The notes below the pieces were generated by a model. It was not told the origin of the DNA and ran no database searches. It saw only the letters and a program-made list of their open reading frames with translations. From a virus: DNA of 64,000 nt. This document shows positions 10,735 to 20,178 of the stretch, piece after piece. A program made the position numbers and the translations under genes. Location: IMG/VR virus record IMGVR_UViG_3300042554_001073; one strand, given 5' to 3'. How positions within the stretch are numbered: the first letter of the stretch is position 1; each line of letters starts with the position of its first letter.

Positions 10735-10819
10735 TAGGGACGGGGGGACTTGAACCCCCACGGGCGTTATGCCCAACAGATTTTAAGTCTGGTGTGTCTA
10801 CCACTTCCACCACATCCCC
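10735..10819 (-). tRNA. trnL: tRNA-Leu(UAA)
   Basis: GGGGATG acceptor; anticodon arm CCAGA-CTTAAAA-TCTGT; long variable arm GGGCATAACGCCC; T-arm GGGGG-TTCAAGT-CCCCC. Confidence 0.95.
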
Positions 10820-10827
10820 AAAAAAAC

Positions 10828-11034
10828 TTACGCTTTGTAAGTGATAGGATTATACTTGAGGAACTCCCAGAATGTCAACTTCATTTCCTTTTGTGACATT
10901 CCGCAGTGTTTTGCTGCTTGGGGAAGATTCCATTTAGCACGAAACAAGTTCTCGTTTGCTTCCTTCACATTCTCTGGTGTGGTTTTTACTGGTTCTTGTT
11001 TCAGTGCTTTGTAGTTAATGCGATAAGGATTCAT
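10828..11034 (-). CDS. Hypothetical protein
   Basis: 68-aa ORF; WNLPQAAKHCGMS is a possible HTH segment. Confidence 0.6.
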   Translation of the reverse strand: MNPYRINYKALKQEPVKTTPENVKEANENLFRAKWNLPQAAKHCGMSQKEMKLTFWEFLKYNPITYKA

Positions 11035-11092
11035 TTGAAAAAAGTATCATGTGAGAAAATTTGCCGGGATTTTTTCCGACCAAAAATGGATC

Positions 11093-11275
11093 TTAAAGTG
11101 GATTTGCGTATGAGAGTGTCTCAGCATCCACTGTAGCACGAACAAAGTCTAAAACGTTCATAAACTCTTCCACGGTCTCACAGGTCACTTGCTTTTTCGA
11201 CCCTTCACTGGAGTACAGATACACTGTACGCTTTACGGGGTCCACCACGCAGCGTGAGAGGTACTCGTCTTGCAT
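11093..11275 (-). CDS. Hypothetical cyanophage protein
   Basis: 60-aa ORF directly downstream of a sigma70 promoter. Confidence 0.65.
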   Translation of the reverse strand: MQDEYLSRCVVDPVKRTVYLYSSEGSKKQVTCETVEEFMNVLDFVRATVDAETLSYANPL

Positions 11276-11300
11276 TCGGTCATCCGTTGATTACCCATGT

Positions 11301-11329
11301 ATCATAGCACGGTCAGGTGCCCATGTCAA
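11301..11329 (-). promoter_or_regulatory. Sigma70-type early promoter
   Basis: TTGACA-17 nt-TATGAT. Confidence 0.8.
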
Positions 11330-11335
11330 GGGTCT

Positions 11336-12010
11336 TCACAAATTGATATTGTATTCCTGGTTGTCGCCAGGATAATCATAGATTGACTGACCCTCATATT
11401 CAACAACCAATTTCTCACCATCATTTCTTTCTGCGTGAATTAAGAAATAACAATCAATCGCAGAAGCATTTCCCGATCTAATAACAACTCTTTTTCCCCA
11501 TTCAACAGCATCAACTATCAAATCTTGAGAGGATCCAATTTGAGTAAGAGTAACAGTTATAGTTTCTGGATCAATCAATCCTTCCCAATAACTAGGCAAA
11601 TTAATGATATTGTTAGCAGTCAGTCTACCTCTGTAGTAGACACCTGGTTCTGGACCTTCTAGACATACGTGGCGTAGTCTCCAACCATCTTTGTTTGGAT
11701 GAGGAATATCAAAATTCTTTTTACTGGATAATCTATGTCCAGCACCACGAACGTCGCCAGCAATATTAATTTCACCAGAACCAATAATACTTGAGTTTAC
11801 TTGGAGACTATCAATCTGCGCTGTCTGATGGTAATAAGGTCTACAAGCATCTGGCGGATAAGTTTTTTCATCCGCATTATTCTTAAAGATATATGAATAA
11901 AGTGTAGAAGGAACTCCCCAAGCTTGTCTATCAGTACAATCAGGTTCTCCGTTTTGTGGAATAAATTCTCCTGGAAATTCTGCGTCTGCTGGTTGTCCTG
12001 GTGTTGCCAT
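11336..12010 (-). CDS. Tail/baseplate-associated protein with a KNFDIPHP...EGPE C-terminal domain (paralog of 12729..13475)
   Basis: SKKNFDIPHPNKDGWRLRHVCLEGPEPGVYYRGR; start moved to ATG 12010 so it does not overlap the oxygenase gene. Confidence 0.6.
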   Translation of the reverse strand: MATPGQPADAEFPGEFIPQNGEPDCTDRQAWGVPSTLYSYIFKNNADEKTYPPDACRPYYHQTAQIDSLQVNSSIIGSGEINIAGDVRGAGHRLSSKKNFDIPHPNKDGWRLRHVCLEGPEPGVYYRGRLTANNIINLPSYWEGLIDPETITVTLTQIGSSQDLIVDAVEWGKRVVIRSGNASAIDCYFLIHAERNDGEKLVVEYEGQSIYDYPGDNQEYNINL

Positions 12011-12024
12011 TATTTTTTTCTCCT

Positions 12025-12708
12025 TTAGAAAGTTAACCAAAGATCTGGATGTGGTAAGGATTGATGATATAAGTTATATTCTGGTTTTAAACAGAGTTTT
12101 ACATCACCTGCGATTACATATCTATCTCCAACATTTTCTTTTTTTAAGGTTGAATGTTGAAGTTTACTTGGAAACATAACAACTGTCCCTTCTGTTGGAG
12201 TAATAGTATAGACATTACAGTTGTATCTATTATATTTCTTGATCATATTAAAGTTCTGACCAGTCTCAAAAAGAGCACCAGCAACTTCATTCATATTTTC
12301 CAAAGTATGAACACAGAACTTGTCAGAAGTTTGATCTGAAGAAAGATAATAGCAGAAAGAAATATCAGACCCATTGTGGGAATGCATATTAAGTTGTGGA
12401 ATGTTCTGATTATGATATCCTATCCAAGATTTGGTGAAGTTTATATTCAGTTTCTCATAATCAACTTCTAGCAAGTCAAGATATTTGCAAATACTTTTTT
12501 GAATTGCTTCAAAGATTGAACGATACTTGGGATTTAAATGAAGTGAGCACTTTCCAGAGTTTTCTGGGGTCTCGTGAACCCATTCACCATTTAAATCTGT
12601 CTTATACCATAGAGTTTTTAACTCATCAAGATGGTTTTTCTTAAACTCATTATGAATGTCTATTTCATCCTGAACAACGACAGTCGGAAAAACCTCATGT
12701 ACTTTCAT
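12025..12708 (-). CDS. 2OG-Fe(II) oxygenase superfamily protein
   Basis: KSW...NMHSHNGSDISFCYY and PTEGTVVMFPSKLQH...R facial-triad pattern. Confidence 0.75.
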   Translation of the reverse strand: MKVHEVFPTVVVQDEIDIHNEFKKNHLDELKTLWYKTDLNGEWVHETPENSGKCSLHLNPKYRSIFEAIQKSICKYLDLLEVDYEKLNINFTKSWIGYHNQNIPQLNMHSHNGSDISFCYYLSSDQTSDKFCVHTLENMNEVAGALFETGQNFNMIKKYNRYNCNVYTITPTEGTVVMFPSKLQHSTLKKENVGDRYVIAGDVKLCLKPEYNLYHQSLPHPDLWLTF

Positions 12709-12728
12709 AGTAAATGTATATTGGTATA

Positions 12729-13475
12729 TTACCTATTATCTCCTGGATAGTCGTCTGGTGTCAAGCCTTCGTACTCTGGAATATTTCTCTCACAGTCAAT
12801 TCTTTCTCCATAAATGTGGAAGAAGCAATCAATTGGCATTCCACCGTGAGATTGTAGATAAACTTTATCTTCATCAATACGCTTAACTATTACGTTTTGG
12901 TGAGAACCAACAGGCGTTAAGTTGACGGTGATAGTTGTCCAATCAACCAGATTTTTCCAATACAAAGGAAGATAAATCTCTTTCCTATTAGTCACTCTCC
13001 CTCTATAGTAAACATCTGCTGTAGGACCTTCTATACAGACATAACGAAGTCTCCAACCCTCTTTAGTTGGGTGCGGAATATCAAAGTTTTTCTTAGCAGA
13101 AAGTATGTGAGTATTACATAAAGATCTGACATCACCACCAGCAATAATGTCTCCACCAGTTTGTAATCTGAAGTTGACATCAAGATTTCCCATCACTGCA
13201 GCATTATCTGAAACACACAGTGCATATGGATTGCTTACAGGTTGACACAATGACCCAGGGGCAAAGGGAGGAACTACATCAGGATCACTATTTGTAAGTG
13301 GTCCAATCATTACGGTAGCATATGCGGTAGGAAAGTGAGTAGGATTTCCAAAAACTACTGGACCTTCAGCACACATCGACCCATTAATCTTTTTGTCACC
13401 TTCACCAATGGCGGGAGCAATACCAGTTCCAACTTTAAGTTGTCCACCCGTAGTTACATCAGGAAAATCAGCCAT
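12729..13475 (-). CDS. Tail/baseplate-associated protein (paralog of 11336..12010)
   Basis: AKKNFDIPHPTKEGWRLRYVCIEGPTADVYYRGR C-terminal domain. Confidence 0.6.
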   Translation of the reverse strand: MADFPDVTTGGQLKVGTGIAPAIGEGDKKINGSMCAEGPVVFGNPTHFPTAYATVMIGPLTNSDPDVVPPFAPGSLCQPVSNPYALCVSDNAAVMGNLDVNFRLQTGGDIIAGGDVRSLCNTHILSAKKNFDIPHPTKEGWRLRYVCIEGPTADVYYRGRVTNRKEIYLPLYWKNLVDWTTITVNLTPVGSHQNVIVKRIDEDKVYLQSHGGMPIDCFFHIYGERIDCERNIPEYEGLTPDDYPGDNR

Positions 13476-13486
13476 TTGTCAACTCC

Positions 13487-14242
13487 TTATACTTTATTGT
13501 TTTTTTCAACATCCCTCTTTCCTCCATTTTTAGCATCTTTTACAGCACAAGAATCATCAACTGCTTTGAATATAGAACCATAACATTTTAGAATACTGTT
13601 TGCTACGACTTCACCCGAACCAGAACTTACAATCTTATAAGTATTCTTGGCATTCATTAAAAGTTTTTTAGAGTTTGTTTCTATATTTTCAGAAGCAAAC
13701 ATTCTAATGTTTCCTTTACTACCTCCCTCACCCGTGGCAATCAACTCAATGTCTTTTGCCTCTAATCTAATCTTACCATTTGAAGCTACAATAAGTATAT
13801 TACCATTTTTTGCGTTAAATAGCAATGTATCTTGTGCTTCCTCATTCGTACTACCAGCTTCCATCTGGATGTTTCCAGGAGCTATAAGAGTAGTCCACCC
13901 CTTTCTTTGCCCATCTTTGTCCATAAAGATGGCGTGATTGGCATCAGATGTCTGAAGCATAACACCTGCCGTCACATCACCTTGTTTGTGAATACCTCCT
14001 AGGGTTAAAGAACCATGATCATTTCCATAACGAACCGCAGTATAGTTCTGTTTAGCAGTATCTGTTGGCAACCTTGACGAAGCAAACTCAGAAGCAGCAA
14101 CAACAATATTTCCAGCCGAATCTACTACATTACCAGCAGCGTCCAAAACGTTACCAGCATTTGCTAATAAACCAGCAATATCATCTGTTGAAAGAGCACC
14201 TTTTTTTACTCTATCATTATTACAATTTCTTGATACTGGCAT
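13487..14242 (-). CDS. Putative gp5 C-terminal-like (beta-helix spike) baseplate protein
   Basis: Repeating short beta-strands (GNIQMEAG, GNILIVASNGKIRLEAKDIELIATG, GNIRMFASENIET) and position downstream of gp5. Confidence 0.5.
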   Translation of the reverse strand: MPVSRNCNNDRVKKGALSTDDIAGLLANAGNVLDAAGNVVDSAGNIVVAASEFASSRLPTDTAKQNYTAVRYGNDHGSLTLGGIHKQGDVTAGVMLQTSDANHAIFMDKDGQRKGWTTLIAPGNIQMEAGSTNEEAQDTLLFNAKNGNILIVASNGKIRLEAKDIELIATGEGGSKGNIRMFASENIETNSKKLLMNAKNTYKIVSSGSGEVVANSILKCYGSIFKAVDDSCAVKDAKNGGKRDVEKNNKV

Positions 14243-14277
14243 GAGTACAAATTATTTTGTATTACTATTTAATAACC

Positions 14278-17200
14278 CTAGATGAGAGTATCTGGAGTTC
14301 CTGGGAGATTGAGTCTTGGATTGTTACTATTAGTGTCAGTACCCTGACGTAGGATAGCAGAAGGTCTGGTAACAACCTGAGCATCGATGCTCTCTTGTAG
14401 GGTATCGTATACCTGAACAAGTTCTCCTGGAGTTTCATAGAAACCAGCATAACGAACACCATCTTTATAAAAGACAGCGCCAAAGTATGCTCTCCCATCA
14501 ACATATCCAGTTTGTTTGAGACCAACCAAGTCAGTAACTTGAATTAGTTTCGCAGGATCAGCAACGATTGGGTCTCTGACAACTTCAAATTGTGGTCTAA
14601 ATCTAGCATTTATTCCAGTATCTGTCACCATTGAAATATCTGGATAAGATGTAAATCCTAGACCAGGATCTAATACATTTACACTTCTAATTCTACCAAA
14701 ACTATCACAATCATAACTTAATACGGCACCATTGCTTGGAGTTATTTGTATCTCATCAACTCCACAATTGTGATTTATACCAGGATTTTCTACAACAACA
14801 GATTTTAATCTCAAAGTAACTGGATACGTAATCGCAGAAGCATCCGCTGGAGGAACATTATTTGGAAGTGATGGATTACCATTTCCTGGGTCATCAACAA
14901 TAACCTCTGTTACTACACCTTTACCACGTATTATCTTAGGACATGGAGGTGGTACAAGAATAGCAGATATGCCAACTGGGTTAGTTGTCCATGGTTTAGA
15001 TAATCCGGTTGGTTGACTTATTGGAACAGTGATTATGGCATTGAAAACAATTGGATTAGTATCAAAAGTGCTTCTATTATTTCCAGGAATATTGTAAATT
15101 TCCATTTCAACCTTTCTCTTTCCTCTAGAGACATTGAAATTAAAAGTTCTCACACCTTCAAATACTTTCGCCACTCCAACTTCAACTCCATCGACTCTTA
15201 CTATAACATAATCATCGGCTTCTGCTCTTAGAGTATATTGACCATCAACAGGAAAATCAACATTGTCCCAGGTCAAAATCCAAGTTCTATCCATATTATT
15301 AGCACGATAATCTTCATCACCATTAAAAGCAGGAGTTAGAAATGGGCCAAGAGTTCCATTTCTATAACTAGCAAGAACGGGTCCGTTATATGTAACTCCA
15401 TCCTTTACTAATGGTCCCGTATTTCTCACAGAATCTATCGTATATTTACATGTTGCTTCATTTTTTCCATCTTTAAAATCAAAAAATCTTCCCCGAGAAG
15501 CAGCACATATTATATCTGTCCAATCATTATCTGTCGATTCTTCTGCTTCCAAAACAGAATCTCTACTTCTAAGTCTAAGTCCTCTTTTACTTTCTGGACT
15601 TTTAATAGTAACAGTATATACTTTTCCGATTTCTACAGATCTTTTAAGTTTTTCATTTATTTGATTACCTTTATAAGTTTTTGAAAGATTAATATCCAAA
15701 TCTGGTATTGAAATAGAGTTGGAAAAATCGGCACCAGAAGAAATATTAAATTTTACATCAACTTTTTGAGCTATTGGTGTGGCAGGTAACCAATCTCCAG
15801 TATCAAGAACTTTTTTATCAACTCTCTCAAAGGTCTCTGTTTTTTCATTTTCAACTTCAACATCAATGGTATGCATTCCCTTAGTCAAAAATACCTTTGT
15901 TGTCTGAGGGTTTTCTACTCTAAATCCATCAAGACCTTTTTTTCCAACTGTTCTTCCTCTAAAACTAACTCCACCACCTCTCGCTATTTCCTTTCCATCA
16001 ATAAGAATTCTACCTCCATTATCAACAGTTCCCCTTAGAGCGTAGAATCCATCATAAGGAATATCCAAGTTCCAAGAATTTTTATATACGACTCCTCCTC
16101 CATCAGATCCTTTTTGCGATAAAGGTAAAACTGGAGATATGGCATAACGATTCATAAACTTACTCCATGCTTCCCCAAATCTTACTGGATACCACTTTTC
16201 ATTTGAACCAGGAGATCTAGTAGACCAGATTGGATTTCTGGGACATCTACCTTCCTGTTCTATTACTGGTTCTTGGGGAATGGGTGGAAGAGGGGCATCA
16301 ATACACATCGAAATTCCCATTGGATTTTGAATCCAAGATCTTTTGGAAATTACCTCCTGCTCTGTAAAGGAAGTTTCTATATTAATAGAAAGAGCCATTG
16401 GATTGATTCCCTTCATATCAATAAATCCAAATTGACCATCTGGGTTTTGTTCCAAATCAGCAATGATTTTATACTTTCCCCTATTAAATGCTCTCGTTTC
16501 TATACTTTTTTCATTTTTCTGACCTGTAGAAGTAAATCCTCTCTTAGAAATAGTAACTTCAGTACCGGGTCCCTGAAAAGTTAGATTGACGTTATCATCT
16601 ACATCCAATTCTATAACATAATTTCCATCAATTGGAAAATCAACATTGTCCCAAACTATTCTATGAGTTCCAGCATATGGATTATCTTGTAATTGAACTG
16701 TGGTATCAAATGGACAAACACCATACTCATTTAGGAATCCACCTCTACTATAAACATTCGTTCTCCAAAGTTTTCTATCTGCTTTAGTAATATAATCTAC
16801 TGTATTAAAAACTCTTCTTACTTGTTGAGATTGTGTTGAAGATTTAGAAGAATTATCTTTCTCACTAACTAAAAAACTTAAGTCATACGTGCTTCTATTA
16901 CTTCCTTTCGCTTTTCTCTTATTTGAGCTAGTAAAAGTTCCGGATCCAGCAGTTATCTGTATGTCATCATTATCATTTGCTGATGCTATGTAGTCAGCAA
17001 ATATTTTATTGGAAGTTCCAACTCCACCCTCTTTATTCTTTTTATTCTGTATCAGTCCCTGTTCTACATTTCCTCTAGTTGAAGTTGCTACAACTTTATA
17101 TTTTATGTTTGGTTTTACACTAATAGTATCTTTTCTAGTCTCTTTTCCTCTAGAAACTCCTCTAATAGTAAATGAATCAGATCCATCTTCAGCGGTGAAG

Positions 17201-18375
17201 AAGAAAGAAAATCCTCTTGTCGATTTTCCTTCACCATAAACACTAAAGTCTACATTTACTCTTCCAGTCTTTGATTCTTGCGTAATTACTTTTTCTAAGA
17301 ATGGAATATTATACAGGTCAACCCTAATTCTATGAACTCCTTCGTTAACAACTTTTTTTATTTTATCTGGCGGTTCATCTCCAAACTTAGACGTTTGAAA
17401 CAGAAGTTGGTTATCAAGAAATATTTTTGCGATATTATCAGCCATTGCTTTAAAGACATATTCACCTTCATAAGGAAACTCTTTTTCCCACTCAAATGTA
17501 AAAGTAATTCCAGCATAGTCAGTTCCTGGTACATTTGATGGTGGAGTAGGTGATATAGCATGGGAGTTCATGAAATCTCCCCAACTAAAAAATGTAACAT
17601 CATGCTTAACTCTAGATGTTCTTGTCAGAGATGTTACTGCTAATGGAGTTTCTGTTCTAGTTGACCACCAACATCTGATTATATTTTCAGCAGTACTAAC
17701 TCTTGTTCCACCACGAAGAGACTCCAAGAATTTTTGATACTCTTGTATCTCACGACGAATTGGATCCTTTGAAAAATTAGCGTAAAGAGTTGGATCCCAT
17801 TCACCCACGTCATTTCCATCAGGAGAATATACTCTTCCAAATCCAGCATCAGTTAATGGGGAAATGTCATATTCTTCAAAATCATCTTCTTGATCATAAA
17901 ACTCTACTGTCTCAACAATTTCTCCTAGAACAGAGCGAACAACAGTTCCTGCTCCTATACCACAGTTATCTTTTACTTGAGTTATTGGTGGATACTGGTA
18001 TCCAAATCCACCGGAAACCAAGTCAACAGCAAGAAGAGATCCATCTTCCCCTATGATGGGATTTCCTTTTGCTCCTATTCCACCACCACCATAAAAATAT
18101 ACTTTTGTTGGACCACAATCAGATTCAAGTTCTATACCAGGACAATCTTTTGAACTCTGTGGAAGAAGATCATCTGGATTTAGATTGTTTACTTCATTTA
18201 TATTGAGATATTTAATTTCATCCCTTGTTCTAAAAATAAATTGAGTTCCTGGGTTTCTTCTAGCATAATCATTTGCCTGAGCAACTGTAACACCGTCAAC
18301 AAAACCCCTCTCCGTTGAAATATATCCAACTCGAACATCATTTTTTGTTGCTGGTCCAAATATATTAAACGACAT
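14278..18375 (-). CDS. 1365-aa virion structural protein with four PA14-like repeats
   Basis: Four copies of W...[FI]P..G.Y......D[DN]: WEKEFPYEGEYVFKAMADN, WDNVDFPIDGNYVIELDVDD, WNLDIPYDGFYALRGTVDN, WDNVDFPVDGQYTLRAEADD. Confidence 0.65.
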   Translation of the reverse strand: MSFNIFGPATKNDVRVGYISTERGFVDGVTVAQANDYARRNPGTQFIFRTRDEIKYLNINEVNNLNPDDLLPQSSKDCPGIELESDCGPTKVYFYGGGGIGAKGNPIIGEDGSLLAVDLVSGGFGYQYPPITQVKDNCGIGAGTVVRSVLGEIVETVEFYDQEDDFEEYDISPLTDAGFGRVYSPDGNDVGEWDPTLYANFSKDPIRREIQEYQKFLESLRGGTRVSTAENIIRCWWSTRTETPLAVTSLTRTSRVKHDVTFFSWGDFMNSHAISPTPPSNVPGTDYAGITFTFEWEKEFPYEGEYVFKAMADNIAKIFLDNQLLFQTSKFGDEPPDKIKKVVNEGVHRIRVDLYNIPFLEKVITQESKTGRVNVDFSVYGEGKSTRGFSFFFTAEDGSDSFTIRGVSRGKETRKDTISVKPNIKYKVVATSTRGNVEQGLIQNKKNKEGGVGTSNKIFADYIASANDNDDIQITAGSGTFTSSNKRKAKGSNRSTYDLSFLVSEKDNSSKSSTQSQQVRRVFNTVDYITKADRKLWRTNVYSRGGFLNEYGVCPFDTTVQLQDNPYAGTHRIVWDNVDFPIDGNYVIELDVDDNVNLTFQGPGTEVTISKRGFTSTGQKNEKSIETRAFNRGKYKIIADLEQNPDGQFGFIDMKGINPMALSINIETSFTEQEVISKRSWIQNPMGISMCIDAPLPPIPQEPVIEQEGRCPRNPIWSTRSPGSNEKWYPVRFGEAWSKFMNRYAISPVLPLSQKGSDGGGVVYKNSWNLDIPYDGFYALRGTVDNGGRILIDGKEIARGGGVSFRGRTVGKKGLDGFRVENPQTTKVFLTKGMHTIDVEVENEKTETFERVDKKVLDTGDWLPATPIAQKVDVKFNISSGADFSNSISIPDLDINLSKTYKGNQINEKLKRSVEIGKVYTVTIKSPESKRGLRLRSRDSVLEAEESTDNDWTDIICAASRGRFFDFKDGKNEATCKYTIDSVRNTGPLVKDGVTYNGPVLASYRNGTLGPFLTPAFNGDEDYRANNMDRTWILTWDNVDFPVDGQYTLRAEADDYVIVRVDGVEVGVAKVFEGVRTFNFNVSRGKRKVEMEIYNIPGNNRSTFDTNPIVFNAIITVPISQPTGLSKPWTTNPVGISAILVPPPCPKIIRGKGVVTEVIVDDPGNGNPSLPNNVPPADASAITYPVTLRLKSVVVENPGINHNCGVDEIQITPSNGAVLSYDCDSFGRIRSVNVLDPGLGFTSYPDISMVTDTGINARFRPQFEVVRDPIVADPAKLIQVTDLVGLKQTGYVDGRAYFGAVFYKDGVRYAGFYETPGELVQVYDTLQESIDAQVVTRPSAILRQGTDTNSNNPRLNLPGTPDTLI

Positions 18376-18411
18376 GCTTTCTATATTTCTTGTGCTTGCT
18401 TGTCATAAGGA

Positions 18412-18418
18412 TATTTAT
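18412..18418 (-). promoter_or_regulatory. T4-type late promoter
   Basis: ATAAATA overlapping the gp5 stop, upstream of the 18375 start. Confidence 0.55.
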
Positions 18419-19953
18419 TATGCTATTCCAGATACTGAGGAAACTACTTGATTGCTCGTTCTAGCATCACTTAAAACAACATTTTGTGTTGCTTTAGTTG
18501 GCTCAGCATAAGGAACATCTCTTACCGCTTGTACTGAAGATTGTTTCTGCGCTGCGTTATCAACTGCTGCTGCGCTTGGTTGTTCAGCATCTGGAGCTGC
18601 TTCACCACCTCTAGCAAGAGTGTAATAATCCGAGACCGCAATATTGGGCTTCAGTTCACATCCAAAAATATTGAGAGATAGATTAACAAAAGACAATGCT
18701 GATGTTAGACTTCCATCTATACCACCAATCAAAGAAGTAATATCTGCTAAAGAATCAGAAACTCCTGCAAGTTGACTTTCAATGTCTCCCAAGAAAGCAT
18801 TGATATTATTCAACAACGCATTATTAGCATCATCAATATCACTCTTACTATAAGAAACAACTTGTCCTATAATGTCTTCAGCGTAACATATTGGGACGTT
18901 AGGAGTCTTCTCACAAGAATCCAATCCAGCAGCTCCCGCCTCTTGTAATTCTTTAGGTTTGAATAATTCATCTAAAATTCCTCTTACCAAATCACAAAGT
19001 CCTTCAGTAATTTTATTGTATAGGCACAAAATTAATTCTGTTAATATCTCCTTAATATCACCAAACAAATATCTGTAAGTTGATGGAATAGCAGAAACAA
19101 CTTTTGAGAGTTCTTTATTAAGTAACTTCATAACATATTCCATAACTTTATCAAATAGAATTTTCATATATCTTGCTATTTGACAAGCAGCATCGGAGAC
19201 AAGTTTCTCTAAATCAGTAATTACATTAGAAACAGCATCAATATAACTTGTGATAGCATTCAGATACTTATTAATCTTTTGAGTTAAGTTATCAAGAACT
19301 GTTTGAATTGCTTTTGTCGCAGAACCAACAGTATCATCTGGTTTAAGTAAAGGAATTTTTTCTTGAAGTTTATCTTCTCTCTTCACATCTCCAGAAGTAG
19401 TTTGGTGAACAGCATCTGGATTCTCTTTTGTTGGTGTCTTTCCTTCAGATACTACTAGACCTTCATCAGGAGCAGTTTCTTTTGTTGTTCCAGTCTTTGG
19501 TTCTTTTGTTTCAGCGTATCCACTCTGTGGAGTAAAGTTTTTTCCTTTATTAAATCCAGTTTTTGTTTCAAGTTCTGTTTGAGCATTGTTTCCAAGAACT
19601 CCCATAATAACAGGAACTTGTTGGTCTTTATCATCAAGAAAGAATCCGAATACAAAGTTTCCTTGACGAAGGTTTGGCGTTTGAGATGCTCCAGTTTGAC
19701 CACCACCAGCAGTGATGGGATACATCACTTGTGCCCAAGGAAGATCTTCAGAGGTTAGAGGTTCTTCCTCTTGGTCATGAAGTCCAATGATCCTAACTTT
19801 ATATCTTCTTCCCCAACCAGGGATAGCATTTTTATCTTCAAATTTTCCAGGAACAACATTATCTCTCCAAGTGGAATCGTCAGCAATCTGACCAATCCAC
19901 CAGTTGAAATTTGCTCCTAAAAATCCAGGATTAAAAAGAGATCCACCTTCCAT
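18418..19953 (-). CDS. gp5: Baseplate hub protein gp5 (OB-fold N-terminus, no lysozyme domain)
   Basis: WWIGQI...RYKVRIIGLH...LPWAQVMYP...GNFVFGFFLD..QQVPVIMG is the T4 gp5 N-terminal OB-fold signature. Confidence 0.85.
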   Translation of the reverse strand: MEGGSLFNPGFLGANFNWWIGQIADDSTWRDNVVPGKFEDKNAIPGWGRRYKVRIIGLHDQEEEPLTSEDLPWAQVMYPITAGGGQTGASQTPNLRQGNFVFGFFLDDKDQQVPVIMGVLGNNAQTELETKTGFNKGKNFTPQSGYAETKEPKTGTTKETAPDEGLVVSEGKTPTKENPDAVHQTTSGDVKREDKLQEKIPLLKPDDTVGSATKAIQTVLDNLTQKINKYLNAITSYIDAVSNVITDLEKLVSDAACQIARYMKILFDKVMEYVMKLLNKELSKVVSAIPSTYRYLFGDIKEILTELILCLYNKITEGLCDLVRGILDELFKPKELQEAGAAGLDSCEKTPNVPICYAEDIIGQVVSYSKSDIDDANNALLNNINAFLGDIESQLAGVSDSLADITSLIGGIDGSLTSALSFVNLSLNIFGCELKPNIAVSDYYTLARGGEAAPDAEQPSAAAVDNAAQKQSSVQAVRDVPYAEPTKATQNVVLSDARTSNQVVSSVSGIA

Positions 19954-19959
19954 TACTTA

Positions 19960-20178
19960 TTAGTCTTCATAAATTTTACATTCAGCAGCATCTGGATTTT
20001 CATCACAGAACATTTCAAATGCTGTGGGGTCATGGTCTTCATCGGGATGATTTACTTTATACTTTTCTAGATGTTCTAGTTCATCCTCAATATGTCTTCT
20101 CTGCTGCGGAGAAAGAGTTGGATTTTCTAATATATCTTTATCGTCGTTGATATGTTGTTGTAGAGTTCTGTCTGTCAT
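19960..20178 (-). CDS. cp12: CP12 Calvin-cycle regulator, cyanophage type
   Basis: C-terminal DPTAFEMFCDENPDAAECKIYED (C-x8-C CP12 motif); lacks the N-terminal Cys pair, as phage CP12s do. Confidence 0.88.
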   Translation of the reverse strand: MTDRTLQQHINDDKDILENPTLSPQQRRHIEDELEHLEKYKVNHPDEDHDPTAFEMFCDENPDAAECKIYED

